A stretch of DNA of 61,551 nucleotides, filler included, from Ionaspis alba (taxonomy: Eukaryota): NCBI GenBank assembly GCA_964255285.1. It is 7 parts of 7 records of this genome, joined end to end, with 100 filler letters (N's around TTAATTAATTAA, not from the genome) between each part and the next. Parts side by side here need not be neighbours in the genome. Positions count along the whole stretch, not along the records: positions 35,264 to 43,962 come from CAXUUL010000712.1; positions 44,063 to 52,760 come from CAXUUL010000713.1; 5 more parts are not named here. One strand, given 5' to 3'. Below are positions 35,264-46,537 of the stretch, one piece after another; the stretch's first letter is position 1, and the number at the start of each line of letters is the position of its first letter. The notes below the pieces were generated by a model. It did not search any database, was not told where the DNA came from, and worked only from the letters and a program-made list of their open reading frames with translations. The position numbers and the translations under genes were made by a program.

Positions 35264-36220
35264 GTCGAATTCTCCGAGTCTGAATACAACTATTATATCT
35301 ACTGGGGCAGCGTCACTACCACAGAAGACAAGTTGAAAGAAACAGTCAAACAAGGCTACGCAGACATGCTCGCGGCTCACGAAGAGTTCTCCGATTGGCC
35401 CTTACCTGCCATGATGGCCGGCATGTATGTCGACGGAAAAGTGTGGCTCTGCTCCTCGGCCAAACATTCGGAAGGTGGAAGACCTGTGAGATACCCCGAC
35501 GATTTCCCGGATGTGCTCAAAAAAGCCATGGATGAATGCTGGGAGGGATCTTTTCACAGGACAGGCGGGGTTTGCGCTGAGCCAATGTTAATCGCGACAT
35601 ACATCCTTGAGACTGGAAAATCTGAGCTCAAAGATGTGAGTATCAGCACTTACGGTGCCGGTGGAAGAAGCGACCGTGTAGGCTTTCACACCTCATGCCA
35701 AATGGACGCGGGGGGATTTGGCTGCACTCAGCTCATTGGTAGTCTCGGCATGAAAGACCTTGGCAAGCGGGATCTTGCTGACCATGACCTGACAACGCGA
35801 GCCACTATCAAGCGTCCTAAAAAGGTTCCAAAAGGGAAAAAGTGCAGCCAGGCGATCGGCAACTCTTGCAAAACCTTCAGCAAACCATTGGGCAAAACTA
35901 ATAATGGTTCAAAGCCCGCCACCAAAGCTAAATTACCACCTCAGCATAGTACCAATGACAAAGTTGCCAAACAGAACAAATCGTCTAAGGCCTCTCAGTC
36001 ACCCAAGGCATCCCATCCTTCCAAAGCATCCAAACCAACCAAGCAATCCAAACCGTCTAAATCAAACAAGAGACCCAAAATGCTCAAAGTCCGAGGCAAA
36101 GTAGGTCCAACCATTCCGATGATCAAGGGACGGCCTGCTTTCAGTTCCATTATGGATGATTATATGGAGTCTGCCTCAGAGAAGCAGGAACATGACGAGA
36201 CTGTCTTCCTCATGGACTGA
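35264..36220 (+). CDS. Possibly 5'-partial protein with deaminase-like Zn motifs and a Lys/Ser-rich tail
   Basis: The frame is open from the contig edge (VEFSESEYNYYIYWG...). Contains H-x5-CAE (HRTGGVCAEP) and SC-x8-C (SCQMDAGGFGC), a GKR dibasic site, then K/S/P-rich repeats. Confidence 0.65.
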   Translation, partial: VEFSESEYNYYIYWGSVTTTEDKLKETVKQGYADMLAAHEEFSDWPLPAMMAGMYVDGKVWLCSSAKHSEGGRPVRYPDDFPDVLKKAMDECWEGSFHRTGGVCAEPMLIATYILETGKSELKDVSISTYGAGGRSDRVGFHTSCQMDAGGFGCTQLIGSLGMKDLGKRDLADHDLTTRATIKRPKKVPKGKKCSQAIGNSCKTFSKPLGKTNNGSKPATKAKLPPQHSTNDKVAKQNKSSKASQSPKASHPSKASKPTKQSKPSKSNKRPKMLKVRGKVGPTIPMIKGRPAFSSIMDDYMESASEKQEHDETVFLMD

Positions 36221-37203
36221 GTCCTTTCTGCCGCTACTTCTGTTTTAGAGAGTATGTTCCATTGAGATAGATTGTTGGACGAGTCGAGGATTTGTAGCGC
36301 GATTGTTCTCGAGCACTGGTAATAGAACCACTTTGAGGCAGACTCTCGACTTGAACACTGCACCAAACTGCTGTCTGTTAGCTAGTTCCCTCTTCGTTTA
36401 GATTGCCAACCCTTCCTATTGCTGTCGTTTGGGTGTTTAGTACTGTGAAATCAAGGACTGTAACCTAGATGAATCTAAATTTTTCAAGATACTGTGTTTA
36501 AACGCGTTCGACCTTCCTTTCACGACCAAGCCTATTACAGCCTTCATCCGAAATATCCCAACAGCCCGTCTTCAAGGTCAGGCTCAGTGGCTCAGGTACC
36601 TTCTTTGGCCACGCCCTTCGGTTCCCCTGAAGACACACGATGAGCGTATTCATACTCTTACTAAAACTTCCGTCAGCCTCCAATTTGACTGAGCAACGAG
36701 GTTGACTCCATCAGGGTGATTGCAGATAGAACAGCCAGCAAGAAGACCTGTCTGGACTTGGCCTGTAGCTAGATGTAGATGAGGGCCGTGGCGAATGACG
36801 CTCGGAGTGTCTCAATCGGGTCTCCTCTGGCTAGAGAATTATGAACAGGATTCCATCTCGATGTATTTGCTGCATGGCCACTGTGGAGGTAGGGGACCAT
36901 CTCGTCTCAAGATAATCCTTAGAACAGGCGATCGCCTACTAGGTCGAATGGATTGAAGATTGGTTTTCAAGAGAAGCCGAGCTGTTCAAGAGTTAAAGGG
37001 AAGATTACATTAAGCTTTGCGGAGCACATGCAAAAAAATTGGAAGCGCTTTTGATCAGGATAGCCGGGTACTCAGCTGTAGCAAAGAGAGAACCAAAGTC
37101 GACCGTGATTCATCCAACGCAATTTTCTATTCCAAGCCAAGCCAAATCCCTTTCGACCTTTTCCAAAACTCCACACCTTTCAAACAGCCAGCACCGTGCA
37201 AAT

Positions 37204-40200
37204 CTACCCAAAAACGTCACTAACAAACCTCTCGTTCCTAATCCTATCCAACCACTCCGCCGCCTCCTCCTTCGTCTTCACCTCCCCCTTCCGTTCCGCC
37301 TCCTCCAAATAACTCCTCAAAACCACATCTCTGATCCCCTCCCCAGCATCCTTACTCCCACAAACAAACAACTTCGCGCCGTTCCTCCACAACTCCATTG
37401 CAGCCTCCCTATCCTTCCAAAGCCGATCCTGTACATATCTGCAACCCTCACTAGCATCCAAATTACGACTGAAAGCGTAGCGGACGTCAACGGCACCCGC
37501 TTTCATCCAGTCGGCGAACTCGGTTTTGTAGAGACAATCGGCCTCGGGGTCGCGGCAGCCGATAAAGAGCATGGCGGGCGCGAGGACCCGCCCGGCTGCG
37601 AGTTGTTTCGCGCGTTCCATGACGAAGCCACGGAAGGGAGCGACGCCTGAACCGCTGGCGACCATGATGATCGGGACGTTGGCGATGTCGAGGGGAGGGT
37701 GGAAGGCTTGGTGGGACGGACGGACGGAGACGTTGATCCGGTCACCAGGGTTGAGCTCGGAAAGGTAGGTAGTTGCTGTACCGTAGAAATGTTTGTTGCC
37801 GCTCTTGGAGGGCTGGTCGATGACGGCGTAGGTGAGAGTGCAGGCTGTAAGAGAGACGAGCGGGGAGGAGGAGATGGAGTACTGACGGATGCGCATGGGC
37901 GGAAGCATGGAGAGGTAGCCTGCGAAAGGGAGCTCGGCGGTAGGATAGGTCTCTAAGAGGTCGAGAGCGGAGATGCGTTTTTGGCTGATGGTGGTGTGGG
38001 AGAGTGATTTGCAGGCTTCGCGGGTGGCGGCGTCAGGAATAGATGCTGCGATTAAAGCAACGTGCTTGGAGGTTGCTGGTTGTGTGAGCTCGACATAGGC
38101 GGAGAGGAGAGCGAAGACTAGAATTTCGCGACCAGTGGGCAGGATAGTGTTCTGACCCGGCTTGATGGTGATCTTGGCATCCCATGGTAATGAGAAGCGA
38201 TTCATAACTCGCTTTATGGTTCTGTTGTGGTTGATTGGTAGGACCGCTAGGTAGTCTCCGGCTCTGTACTCCATCCCACTGGGAAGCTGGATCTCGATGT
38301 GCCGTTTCTCTGGTTCACCAGGCGCGGTGAGGATTTTGACGTCCCTAACAATGGCTTCGCTGACATCTTGCCGTAGGTCTGATGATCGGCTGCCAGCCGT
38401 AATCTCAATGTCAAGCCCACGGCCCTGGGAATCGTCTTCCTCCTCGACTCCATACTCAGCAGCAATCGCAGGCCAGAAGGACTTGTCGACCCATTTGTCA
38501 AAGTCATTGAAGATGTCATTGTCGGCTGCATCTGAATAACCACGCGGAGCGAGCCGTTTAGCACCTCGATCAGAAAACAACTTGTCTACCAGCGTCGGGA
38601 TCTTCTGGAATGTTGCTTGCCAGTCATCTATACTCTGATTAGTAGCAGCTCAAGGCATGCTCTGGCTCGACTTACGATGACCACAACCAAAGACAGTATA
38701 TTTCACCCCCTGTAGTTGACTGCCCTCCAAACCTTGCAGCCATTCCATGAAGTAAACGGCGTTATCTGTAGGCTGTCCTTCATAACTCGCAGTTACCACT
38801 ACCACTGGCTGATCCTTAGGAATCTTTCCTGACGAAGAATCCATAGTTTTGACAGACGCGTTATATCCACGGCCTGAAGCTCCGCTCGCTAATGTTTGAG
38901 CCAAAGACTCACATGTTCCAGTATTGGAGCCATACAAAATGGTCATCGGCTTCTTTGCTGGACCCGAAGACGCAATTTCTTCAATCTTCTTGTCCTTATT
39001 TGACACGTGCTTTTGGCCACCCCAAATACCTTGCTCAAGGGTGATGGGATCAATGCCTTCTCGCAGCCTTGCGTACATGAAGAAGTCTTTTGGCTTGATA
39101 GTCAGAGTCTGCTTGATTGACAATTGGTAGCTTGGATCTTCGGCACGAAAATTAAAGTTCTGCAAGAGCAAAGCGACAACGATGTGAGCTTCTTGCCATG
39201 CGAAGGCTCGACCAATGCAACCTCTTGCACCATTACCGAATGGCTATTATGGTAAGCTTTGAATCTCTTGATTTGGGAGGGAAATACTCGCCTTCCAAGA
39301 GTTTGGCGGGAGCTTTTCGAATTTCCCATCGAGCATACGCTCTGGCTTGAACTCCTCTGCATCCTCTCCCCAGACTGCTGGATCACGATGAACGCAGTGT
39401 AGGAGTACGCCAAAGTACAGGCCCTGCTTGACTTCGTACCTCTCCTTACCCAGATAGATTGGAAAGTCTTTCGGATCCTTACTCTTCGGCTCTACCGTGA
39501 AGCCAGGAGCCGTGGAGTGTAACCGAAGACATTCTTGCAAGCATGCAGTCAGGTATGGAAGTTTGGACATATGCTCGTAAGTGACTGGTCCTCTTCCGAT
39601 GACATCATCTACTTCCTTCTGTGCTCTCTGGTACGTCTGAGGATTCTTAAGGAATTCGTAGAAGAGGAACGAGAGAAGACCAGACGTGGTCTCATGACCT
39701 AGAAGCTGTCAACAGGGCAGATATCGGGATGCTTGGTCAGGTTGTGCCCACCTGCTATCAAGAACGTGATCATGTTATTAACGATGTTCTCATCAGGCAA
39801 ACCTCTTCCGGTCTTCGGATCCTTGCCAAGAATCATGGCATTCACCAGGTCTTTCTTGTCTGAAGGGTGAGCTCTCCTCTCTTTGATGACATGATCTGCG
39901 ACCGATCGCATGAGCTTGATACTTTCATGGTACCTCCGGGTGGTCTCCCTATAGAGATAGTTTGTAGCAAAAGCTGGTCGCTGAGCTCTTGCCCCTGATT
40001 CCAATAAGAAGAATTGCATGGCCTCAATAAAGGGATGAAGGCCATCACGATAGAACGAATTGAAGCGTGTGTCCATAGCACATCTAGATGGTAATATTAG
40101 TCAATCAATCCCTGAGATGGTAGAACCGTAGCCACCAAGAGCCAACTTACAGGGCAATACTGTCCAACGTGAGTCTTGTGAAATCATCCACAACCGAGAT

Positions 40201-40725
40201 CTGGCTCTCAGGCCCATATCTTGCCCACTTCGAGATCAATTGACTACTGATATCAAGCATCTCTGGTGCACGAATATTAGCTAAAGCACCTAAGGTTACA
40301 CAATGCAGATCTAGCACTCACCATCAAACATATTTTTAATTGCTAAGGGGCCAAAAGCGGGCATAAGAATCCGATGGGCCAGACCCCAATTCTCCTCGCC
40401 ATCAAAAGCGGTAAAGAGTCCATCACCGATACCATTCCGAACTTGCAGCAGACCACCAAAGGGATTCTTCACAAAGCGTTTCTCGTCGCATAGCTCGTTC
40501 AGGAGCTCCTGGCTGCCAATGACTATCCGTTCTTGCCCGAGGATATTAAGCTTGAATATGGGGCCTTGGATTTGTACTGTGAACAAAAGCTTTCTCGAGC
40601 TGGAAGGATGACATACCATATACTTCTGCAAGATGTATGGAGCTCGCTAAAGGATTTTCGGCGTCGATGTCGGTGACATTGCCGAGTATGGGGAGGCCAG
40701 GGGGTTGAGGTATTGGAGTGCCCAT
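37204..40725 (-). CDS. CYP505: Self-sufficient cytochrome P450:NADPH-P450 reductase fusion (CYP505 / P450foxy type), multi-exon
   Basis: [43 protein letters not shown]-helix [15 protein letters not shown]; ExxR (ECLRL); heme motif [24 protein letters not shown] domain [25 protein letters not shown] domain [28 protein letters not shown]. Confidence 0.96.
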
Positions 40726-40909
40726 GTTAACGGGAGGTAGGGGGTATCAACGGGAAATCCTGGTGATAGTAATACTCCTTGGTGAAGGCGTTGGCAGAAT
40801 GGAAAGCTACAGCAAAGGCTCAATGGAAGGAAGTTCAACTCATCACACCCGTCCAAGAAGAAAGTACGACGTTGATATGAAAGGGAGGAAGCTACAAGCA
40901 AGGAGAAGC

Positions 40910-40916
40910 TTATATA
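40910..40916 (-). promoter_or_regulatory. TATA-like box upstream of CYP505
   Basis: TATATAA on the minus strand ~185 nt upstream of the ATG, followed by a pyrimidine-rich leader. Confidence 0.45.
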
Positions 40917-41682
40917 CGACCCAAGCCACCGGCTTGTTCGGATGGTAGTAATCCTTTGTGCGAAATCAGTGCACGTTCAAGAGCAAAGGCAAGAATAGCG
41001 ATAGGATCTCTCGATCCTGGCGGCGAAGATGAGAGGAAAATTCCCTCTGCAAAGTACAACAGAACGGATGAAACCATGCCGCCGTTGAACATAAGAAGTT
41101 GCTTCGGCCGAGACAAGCTCGGGAGCAACTGGAAGCACGAGCAGGCTGGTACGGTGATTGGATCTCATGTTTCGGTGCTGCAGGGAGGCGGGGCGTGCGT
41201 GAACTCGAGCTAGCGATGCCAGTTCGTTACAGGCAGAGTCAGCCAGAAGCTGGACAAATTATGCTCTGTTGACATCCTCAATCTTGTGAATTTCGAGAGA
41301 CATTCTTGTGCTTTGATCAGGCAAACAAGATTGATCATAATCGATCATGGCTATCATGTCGGTAGCAAAAAATCATGAAAAAACGGTACGCGGGTATTTC
41401 TTGGAGGATGAATTGTCACCTCGGCACCTCGGCGGCCGGGAAAGTCCGCTGCGCAAAGGAGCTGCTACATTCCCCCAACCTTATTCCTACATCCTTTACT
41501 TCCCTCCTCTCACACCCCGATCCTTCCGACCACACGCGAATATTGAAACCCTAAGCGTGTTGCTTCAGTGGGGATCTGGGACTCGCTTAGTGACCAGCGG
41601 AGTCGTGGTAAGCCTGCGTCGAGTCTTGGACAATCTGCCGCATCTACTAATCAATCTGTTCAGATCGATCGTATCCGCTGCC

Positions 41683-42633
41683 ATGTTCGGTCTCCTACGT
41701 CCCAACTCCCCCCGGCAAGATCCACCAATGTCTCCAGAAGATTCACCACCTCCACCGATGAGTATGGCGGGTCCACCCGCAGAAGAATTTCGTACAAGAG
41801 AAGAGCTACTCGAGTACGTGAAGGACTGGGCCGAAAATCAAGGCTATGCTGTAGTCATCGGGCGCTCTCGTCCCAACAAACTATGGATCAAATGCGACAG
41901 AGGAGGGAAATACTCAGATCGCCATGCCGAGCACCCCGAGAACCGGAAGCGCAAACGGGGTGAGAGTAGACTCACCGAGTGTCCCTTCAAAGTCCAAGCC
42001 AACGCGAGAAAAGATGGCATATGGCGATGTCGGACAGAAACCGAAGAGCACAACCACGGACCAGCAGAAGATCTCAGCGTGCATCCGTCATTGCGTCGAA
42101 TGACCGAGGAGCAGACCGCGAAAGTCAACGAGATGACCGAATCGGGTCACACTCCACTGGAAATCTTAGCAGAGATGCGGCGGATATGGCCGAGGATCAA
42201 GGTGCTGAAACGCGACATCTACAACGCGAGAAAGAAGTACAAGACAGAGAAAGAGCTGGAGGAAAGGAGGCAAGGACTCCATCTCCCGCAGCCGTATCAA
42301 GATCCCAATGGTATCATGCCTGGACCGACACGGACGGGACGATGGGCGTGGTTGGAAGAAGGTGATGAGATTAAGAGGAAGAAAANNNNNNNNNNNNNNN
42401 NNNNNNNNNNNNNNNNNNNNNNNNNNNNNNNNNNNNNNNNNNNNNNNNNNNNNNNNNNNNNNNNNNNNNNNNNNNNNNNNNNNNNGAATGGGGAAGCCAA
42501 CACAGCTAAAGCACCCAGTAGCCTGGTCCTCATGTCGCGCATCGAACGCATGGACAAGGAATTGCAAGATCAGAAGAATATGCTGGCGCAGATTTTGGGA
42601 GCTGTGAAGGGTGTGCGTGAGACGGGGGGTTGA
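41683..42633 (+). CDS. FAR1/WRKY-GCM1-type (Mutator-transposase-derived) Zn DNA-binding protein, interrupted by a 100-N scaffold gap (42386-42485)
   Basis: FRTREELLEYVKDWAENQGYAVVIGRS...IKCDRGGKY...SRLTECPFKV...W...HNH, then RDIYNAR. No DDE transposase core is visible; short coiled-coil C-terminus. Confidence 0.8.
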   Translation: MFGLLRPNSPRQDPPMSPEDSPPPPMSMAGPPAEEFRTREELLEYVKDWAENQGYAVVIGRSRPNKLWIKCDRGGKYSDRHAEHPENRKRKRGESRLTECPFKVQANARKDGIWRCRTETEEHNHGPAEDLSVHPSLRRMTEEQTAKVNEMTESGHTPLEILAEMRRIWPRIKVLKRDIYNARKKYKTEKELEERRQGLHLPQPYQDPNGIMPGPTRTGRWAWLEEGDEIKRKKXXXXXXXXXXXXXXXXXXXXXXXXXXXXXXXXXXNGEANTAKAPSSLVLMSRIERMDKELQDQKNMLAQILGAVKGVRETGG

Positions 42634-42827
42634 TGTTGGAGAAGGGGAAGGGATTGGTGGTGATGGGTGCTGGGTTGCTGGTCTTGGTTGTTGTGGGAGG
42701 ATATATGTATATATTTTGTCTATGCATGGACGGTTTGAGTTGCCTGTTGTATGAGTAGAAGGGCACATTTGATAGTTGGGTATTAGTACTCGAATCGGCT
42801 GTGGTGACGGTTTGGGAGTTCAAACCG

Positions 42828-42854
42828 CTTCTTCTTCTTCTTCTTCTTCTTCTT
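42828..42854 (+). repeat. (CTT)9 microsatellite
   Basis: Read directly from the sequence. Confidence 0.9.
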
Positions 42855-43466
42855 TTCTGTTTTAGATGGCTAGCCTCGGTACTAGTATAGCATGAGTATA
42901 TATATGGAGAAAGGGTGTGATCTACGATGGGATACCGAGGATTTCTTCCTCTATCTGCTATGACTGTGGAGTGTCACGGTGGATGACAATTTGATTAAGA
43001 GTAAAACGCCGCAGGCACCAGCCAGAAATTCCCCTTGTTTACTGTCATCCGCGTGAGTATGGAAATAGGATACCTTTTTCATCACCCAGCACTATTTTCC
43101 ATCAATGGCTTCCATGAACCGAATCACGACCATGCTCGATCCTCTAGATCCGTGGGCTGCAGATCGGCCGGAGTTGACCCTTTCATAGGATCCGTGGCTA
43201 GAGTGTACTACTGGAAGCCCCTTGTTATGATTGGCGAGGGGTTGCTTGGTTTGGGTCTTGGAGCCAAGAGCCAAGGACGGAGTGTTGTGATGGATGACAT
43301 CATAGACTTTCCAGTACAGCAGCTTCCAAGACTTTTCTTCATCCTTCCATTACTCTGTCGCTGCGGAGTCTCGTCAATCCTGCTTTATCACCAGTAGTGA
43401 CGATGAACATCTAGGCTCCATCCATCAATCAATCAATTGACGCTGTTTTGGGCAGAAACCCAGCAT

Positions 43467-43561
43467 CATCGCAATAATAATTTTAAATGGTCGAATCATC
43501 GAAAAATACCCCCGGCATCGCAATCTTAAATGGACGAAACATCGAGAAATATCCCCAGCAT
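43467..43561 (+). repeat. Imperfect tandem duplication of a ~45-nt unit
   Basis: catcgcaat...ttaaatggtcgaatcatcgaaaaatacccccgg followed by catcgcaatcttaaatggacgaaacatcgagaaatatccccagcat. Confidence 0.7.
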
Positions 43562-43962
43562 TCCCACCTCGCTAGTCCTAACCCCCTCGTCCCCCCCTGA
43601 GCGCATGAAGTGGGCGGAAGGCGGGGTTTAGCTTACCAAAGCTGTCCCATACATTGGCCTTTGACATGGAGAAGTCATGATCCTTACAGTCCTTTACTGC
43701 ATTGCGTAAGCTCCGTTGCTGCAACTTCCCTGTTCACTGCCGTCTTTCCCAGATCATCCGCTCCCAAAAGACCGCAACGATCGGTCGGGGTGGGGTTTTT
43801 CCGGAGACTTCTCCGGACGACGACGACAAGACACGACAACATCCATTACGACTGCATACCAAGCCAAGCTCGAATGCTGTATGCACTGCCTCCTTTTCTG
43901 ATCGCCATTGATCTCTGTCTGTCTCTGGTCGAGTTGATTCAACATGCAAAAGAATAATGCTG

Positions 43963-44062
43963 NNNNNNNNNNNNNNNNNNNNNNNNNNNNNNNNNNNNNN
44001 NNNNNNTTAATTAATTAANNNNNNNNNNNNNNNNNNNNNNNNNNNNNNNNNNNNNNNNNNNN
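43963..44062. other. Artificial contig spacer
   Basis: N44-TTAATTAATTAA-N44. Confidence 0.98.
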
Positions 44063-45728
44063 TTTGAGGGGTGGGTTGCGGGAGTTTGACTGGTGATGGG
44101 GCTGGAGCTGCGAGCGGGATGGTGGTTGTTATTGTGGTACCTGCGGTTGGGAGGGTTGGTGCTGTTTTACGTTTTTTCGTCGATGGCTTGGCGGATGTGA
44201 GTGGGATGACGATCTCGGAGCTTACTTGAGCTTGGATCTGAGAGTCTTCGGTTGTGGGTGTGGCGGTGTCGGTTTCGCGCTTGCGCTTCTTGGGTGTTTT
44301 GGTGGGAGGTTTCTCTTTTGCTTTGTCTTGGTTGTACATATTGCTGTAACCTGTTCCGAAGCGGTTCGATTCATCCTGGGGCTTGTCGAATAAATTCTTG
44401 AAACTGCTACCAATATCTCCCAGTCTTTTGGCGGCTTGTTCAGCCTCTGCAGCCGCTAAAGCAGCTTGTTCTCTTTGCAGCAAGACTTTCTTCAGCTTCT
44501 TGGCTTCGTTGAGCTTCATACCTTTGTTGCTTAGCTTAGATTCCAGTCCTAGCGAATCGGCACTGATCTCGCCGGGAACGAGAGGTTTCCCTGGAGCAGT
44601 CGTAGCGATATTATCACAATCGATCAATTCCTCACTGTTCTCTTCCGCCTTCGTCCTTGCTTTGCGGTAATTTTCCGGTCCTCGCCCGGCTTCCGAAAGC
44701 TCCCGTCTGATCATAGTCTCACTAGGTGTCCATATCGCGTTTTTCTTCATCCGCTTCCTGAGTCGAGCCATTTCCCATTCCGTTAACCGCATCCACGGTG
44801 CGTGAACACTACCAGGCTTCGCATCTGGAGGTGGTGGAGTCAAGAGCGATAGAGCGTTGCTTGTCGAGATACCAGCAACAGCACTATGTACGTTAGTACC
44901 CATCGCTCCTGGTGGTCGCGGCGGCCTTGGTGGTCGAGGTCCTTTTGGTATTTTGATCTTCGGTGGCTTGGACGCTTTGGGTAGTCGGATACGACCTGGC
45001 TTGGCGGATCGGCTTCGTGAAGGGGCTCCCACGCGCGATGTGGGCATAGGTATTGGAGATGGTGGTAAGGACTCCCAGTCGGAGTCTGTGAAGGGAGGTG
45101 GAGAATCAGGATTGGGTGGTGGTAACACCTCTCCAGGAACAGTGATCCTGCGATTCCGAGGTCGTGGCCGATGACCCGCGCCATGCTGTCTCGAAGCATT
45201 GGCCGTGGCGCGAGCATTGTCAAGTCTCAAAGTGATCCGTGGCTGTGTGCTTTCCGCAGTGTCTTCCTGTCTTCCTAACCGAGCTCTATTTGCTTGTGGA
45301 GAATGCTGGAGAGGAGCCGGTGACGGGTCCCGAGACGGTGGCTTCGGCAGCGCGTGAAGCTTTGTTTTCACGCTCAACAAGCGGTTGTAATGGCGATCCA
45401 CCTCATCATACAGTCGGGATGACTCAGCGTAGGCAGACTCCCGCGCATTCAGAGCATAGTCGAGGTAGTGAGATATTTGTTTCCTGAGCTCTTGAGGACT
45501 CTCTTTCCTGGTTGCTTGTGAGTTCGGTAAACCGCCATATGTTGCAAGAAGATCATGTATCTTGCTGGTGGAAGACAGATAGGATTCATCTAGCTTTCCG
45601 ATCAAGGTTAGAGATCGAGTAAGGTCTGAGGGGAGGTATTCTGTGTAGTCGAGGAAGTCCGTCACTGTCGCTTGAGCGTCTGGATCAGTATGAGCTTCGC
45701 TTTGGAGACTTTGCGCAACGGCAGCCAT
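44063..45728 (-). CDS. ING-family chromatin protein (N-terminal ING helical domain); 3'-partial, so the expected PHD finger would lie beyond the contig end
   Basis: DPDAQATVTDFLDYTEYLPSDLTRSLTLIGKLDESY is ING N-terminal-like; block PWMRLTEWEMARLRKRMKKNAIWTPSETMIRREL; the ORF runs into the spacer. Confidence 0.78.
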
Positions 45729-46537
45729 ATTGAAGTCAGTAACAGTACTCCTCTGTAATATTTGATGCGCTTTTTGAAGGAGAGTAACGGAATCCGAGGG
45801 TCTAGTTTGCGGAGTGGTGAGATCCGTTGCGCATCAACCTGAGATGCTTTGGCCCTTCGTTCGCGATGTGATAGAGTAATAGGCCTCCAGGGTTGTCTTT
45901 GTGCCAAGAAGTATAGAAAGGGGAGATGAGAGGCCTTTCATACGCTCTCTTGAGCTACTGGACTTGATCAGACTGTCAATCATGTCGCTATACACACTCC
46001 TAGCTCTCTTGAACTGACGATACGCGATGTGATCTGCGCTAGGATCTTTTAGCGTGGTTTGCGGCAGGACACAGCGGGCACTTTGCTCTTTCTGGCCTTC
46101 GCAATGTTTACTCGCACCCTACAAACAAGGACAGTATTGCTAGGAAAGCACGAGACAGAGTAGCCAGGTTTCAAGGCCAGGGATTCTGCGTACAGCTTCT
46201 GTCGGAGAAAGCCAGCTTGGTTCTTCCTCCATGCAGATCCAATTTACCCAATAGTGAAAGTTCTGCCTTAGTCGCCTGCTATAGAGATGGAAAGTGCTCC
46301 GTCTGTCCTGCAAGAGAATATTTGATCTTCGAATCCCGTCTACCGATCTCTTCTAAGTCTTTACCAACTTCCCTTCCCTCAAGTGTCTGTTCCTTCAAGC
46401 ATTTGTCACTGGTGACGCAATCTGCACTCTTCATCCTGTTGTTGTTCATTATTCCCTCCTCGAGGGGCCAGAACACCTTTCTCTAACAGTGGTATCTTGT
46501 CCGAATTGCACAGACTGCTTTGAACAACAACTCTACG

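Noticed and set aside
41347..41682. N-terminal extension of the FAR1-like ORF given in the ORF track
   Set aside because: Reads like promoter or 5' UTR (CT-rich); GCCATG at 41683 is the more plausible start, though unproven.
35264..42633. Secondary-metabolite cluster around CYP505
   Set aside because: No PKS, NRPS, terpene synthase or transporter in the contig.
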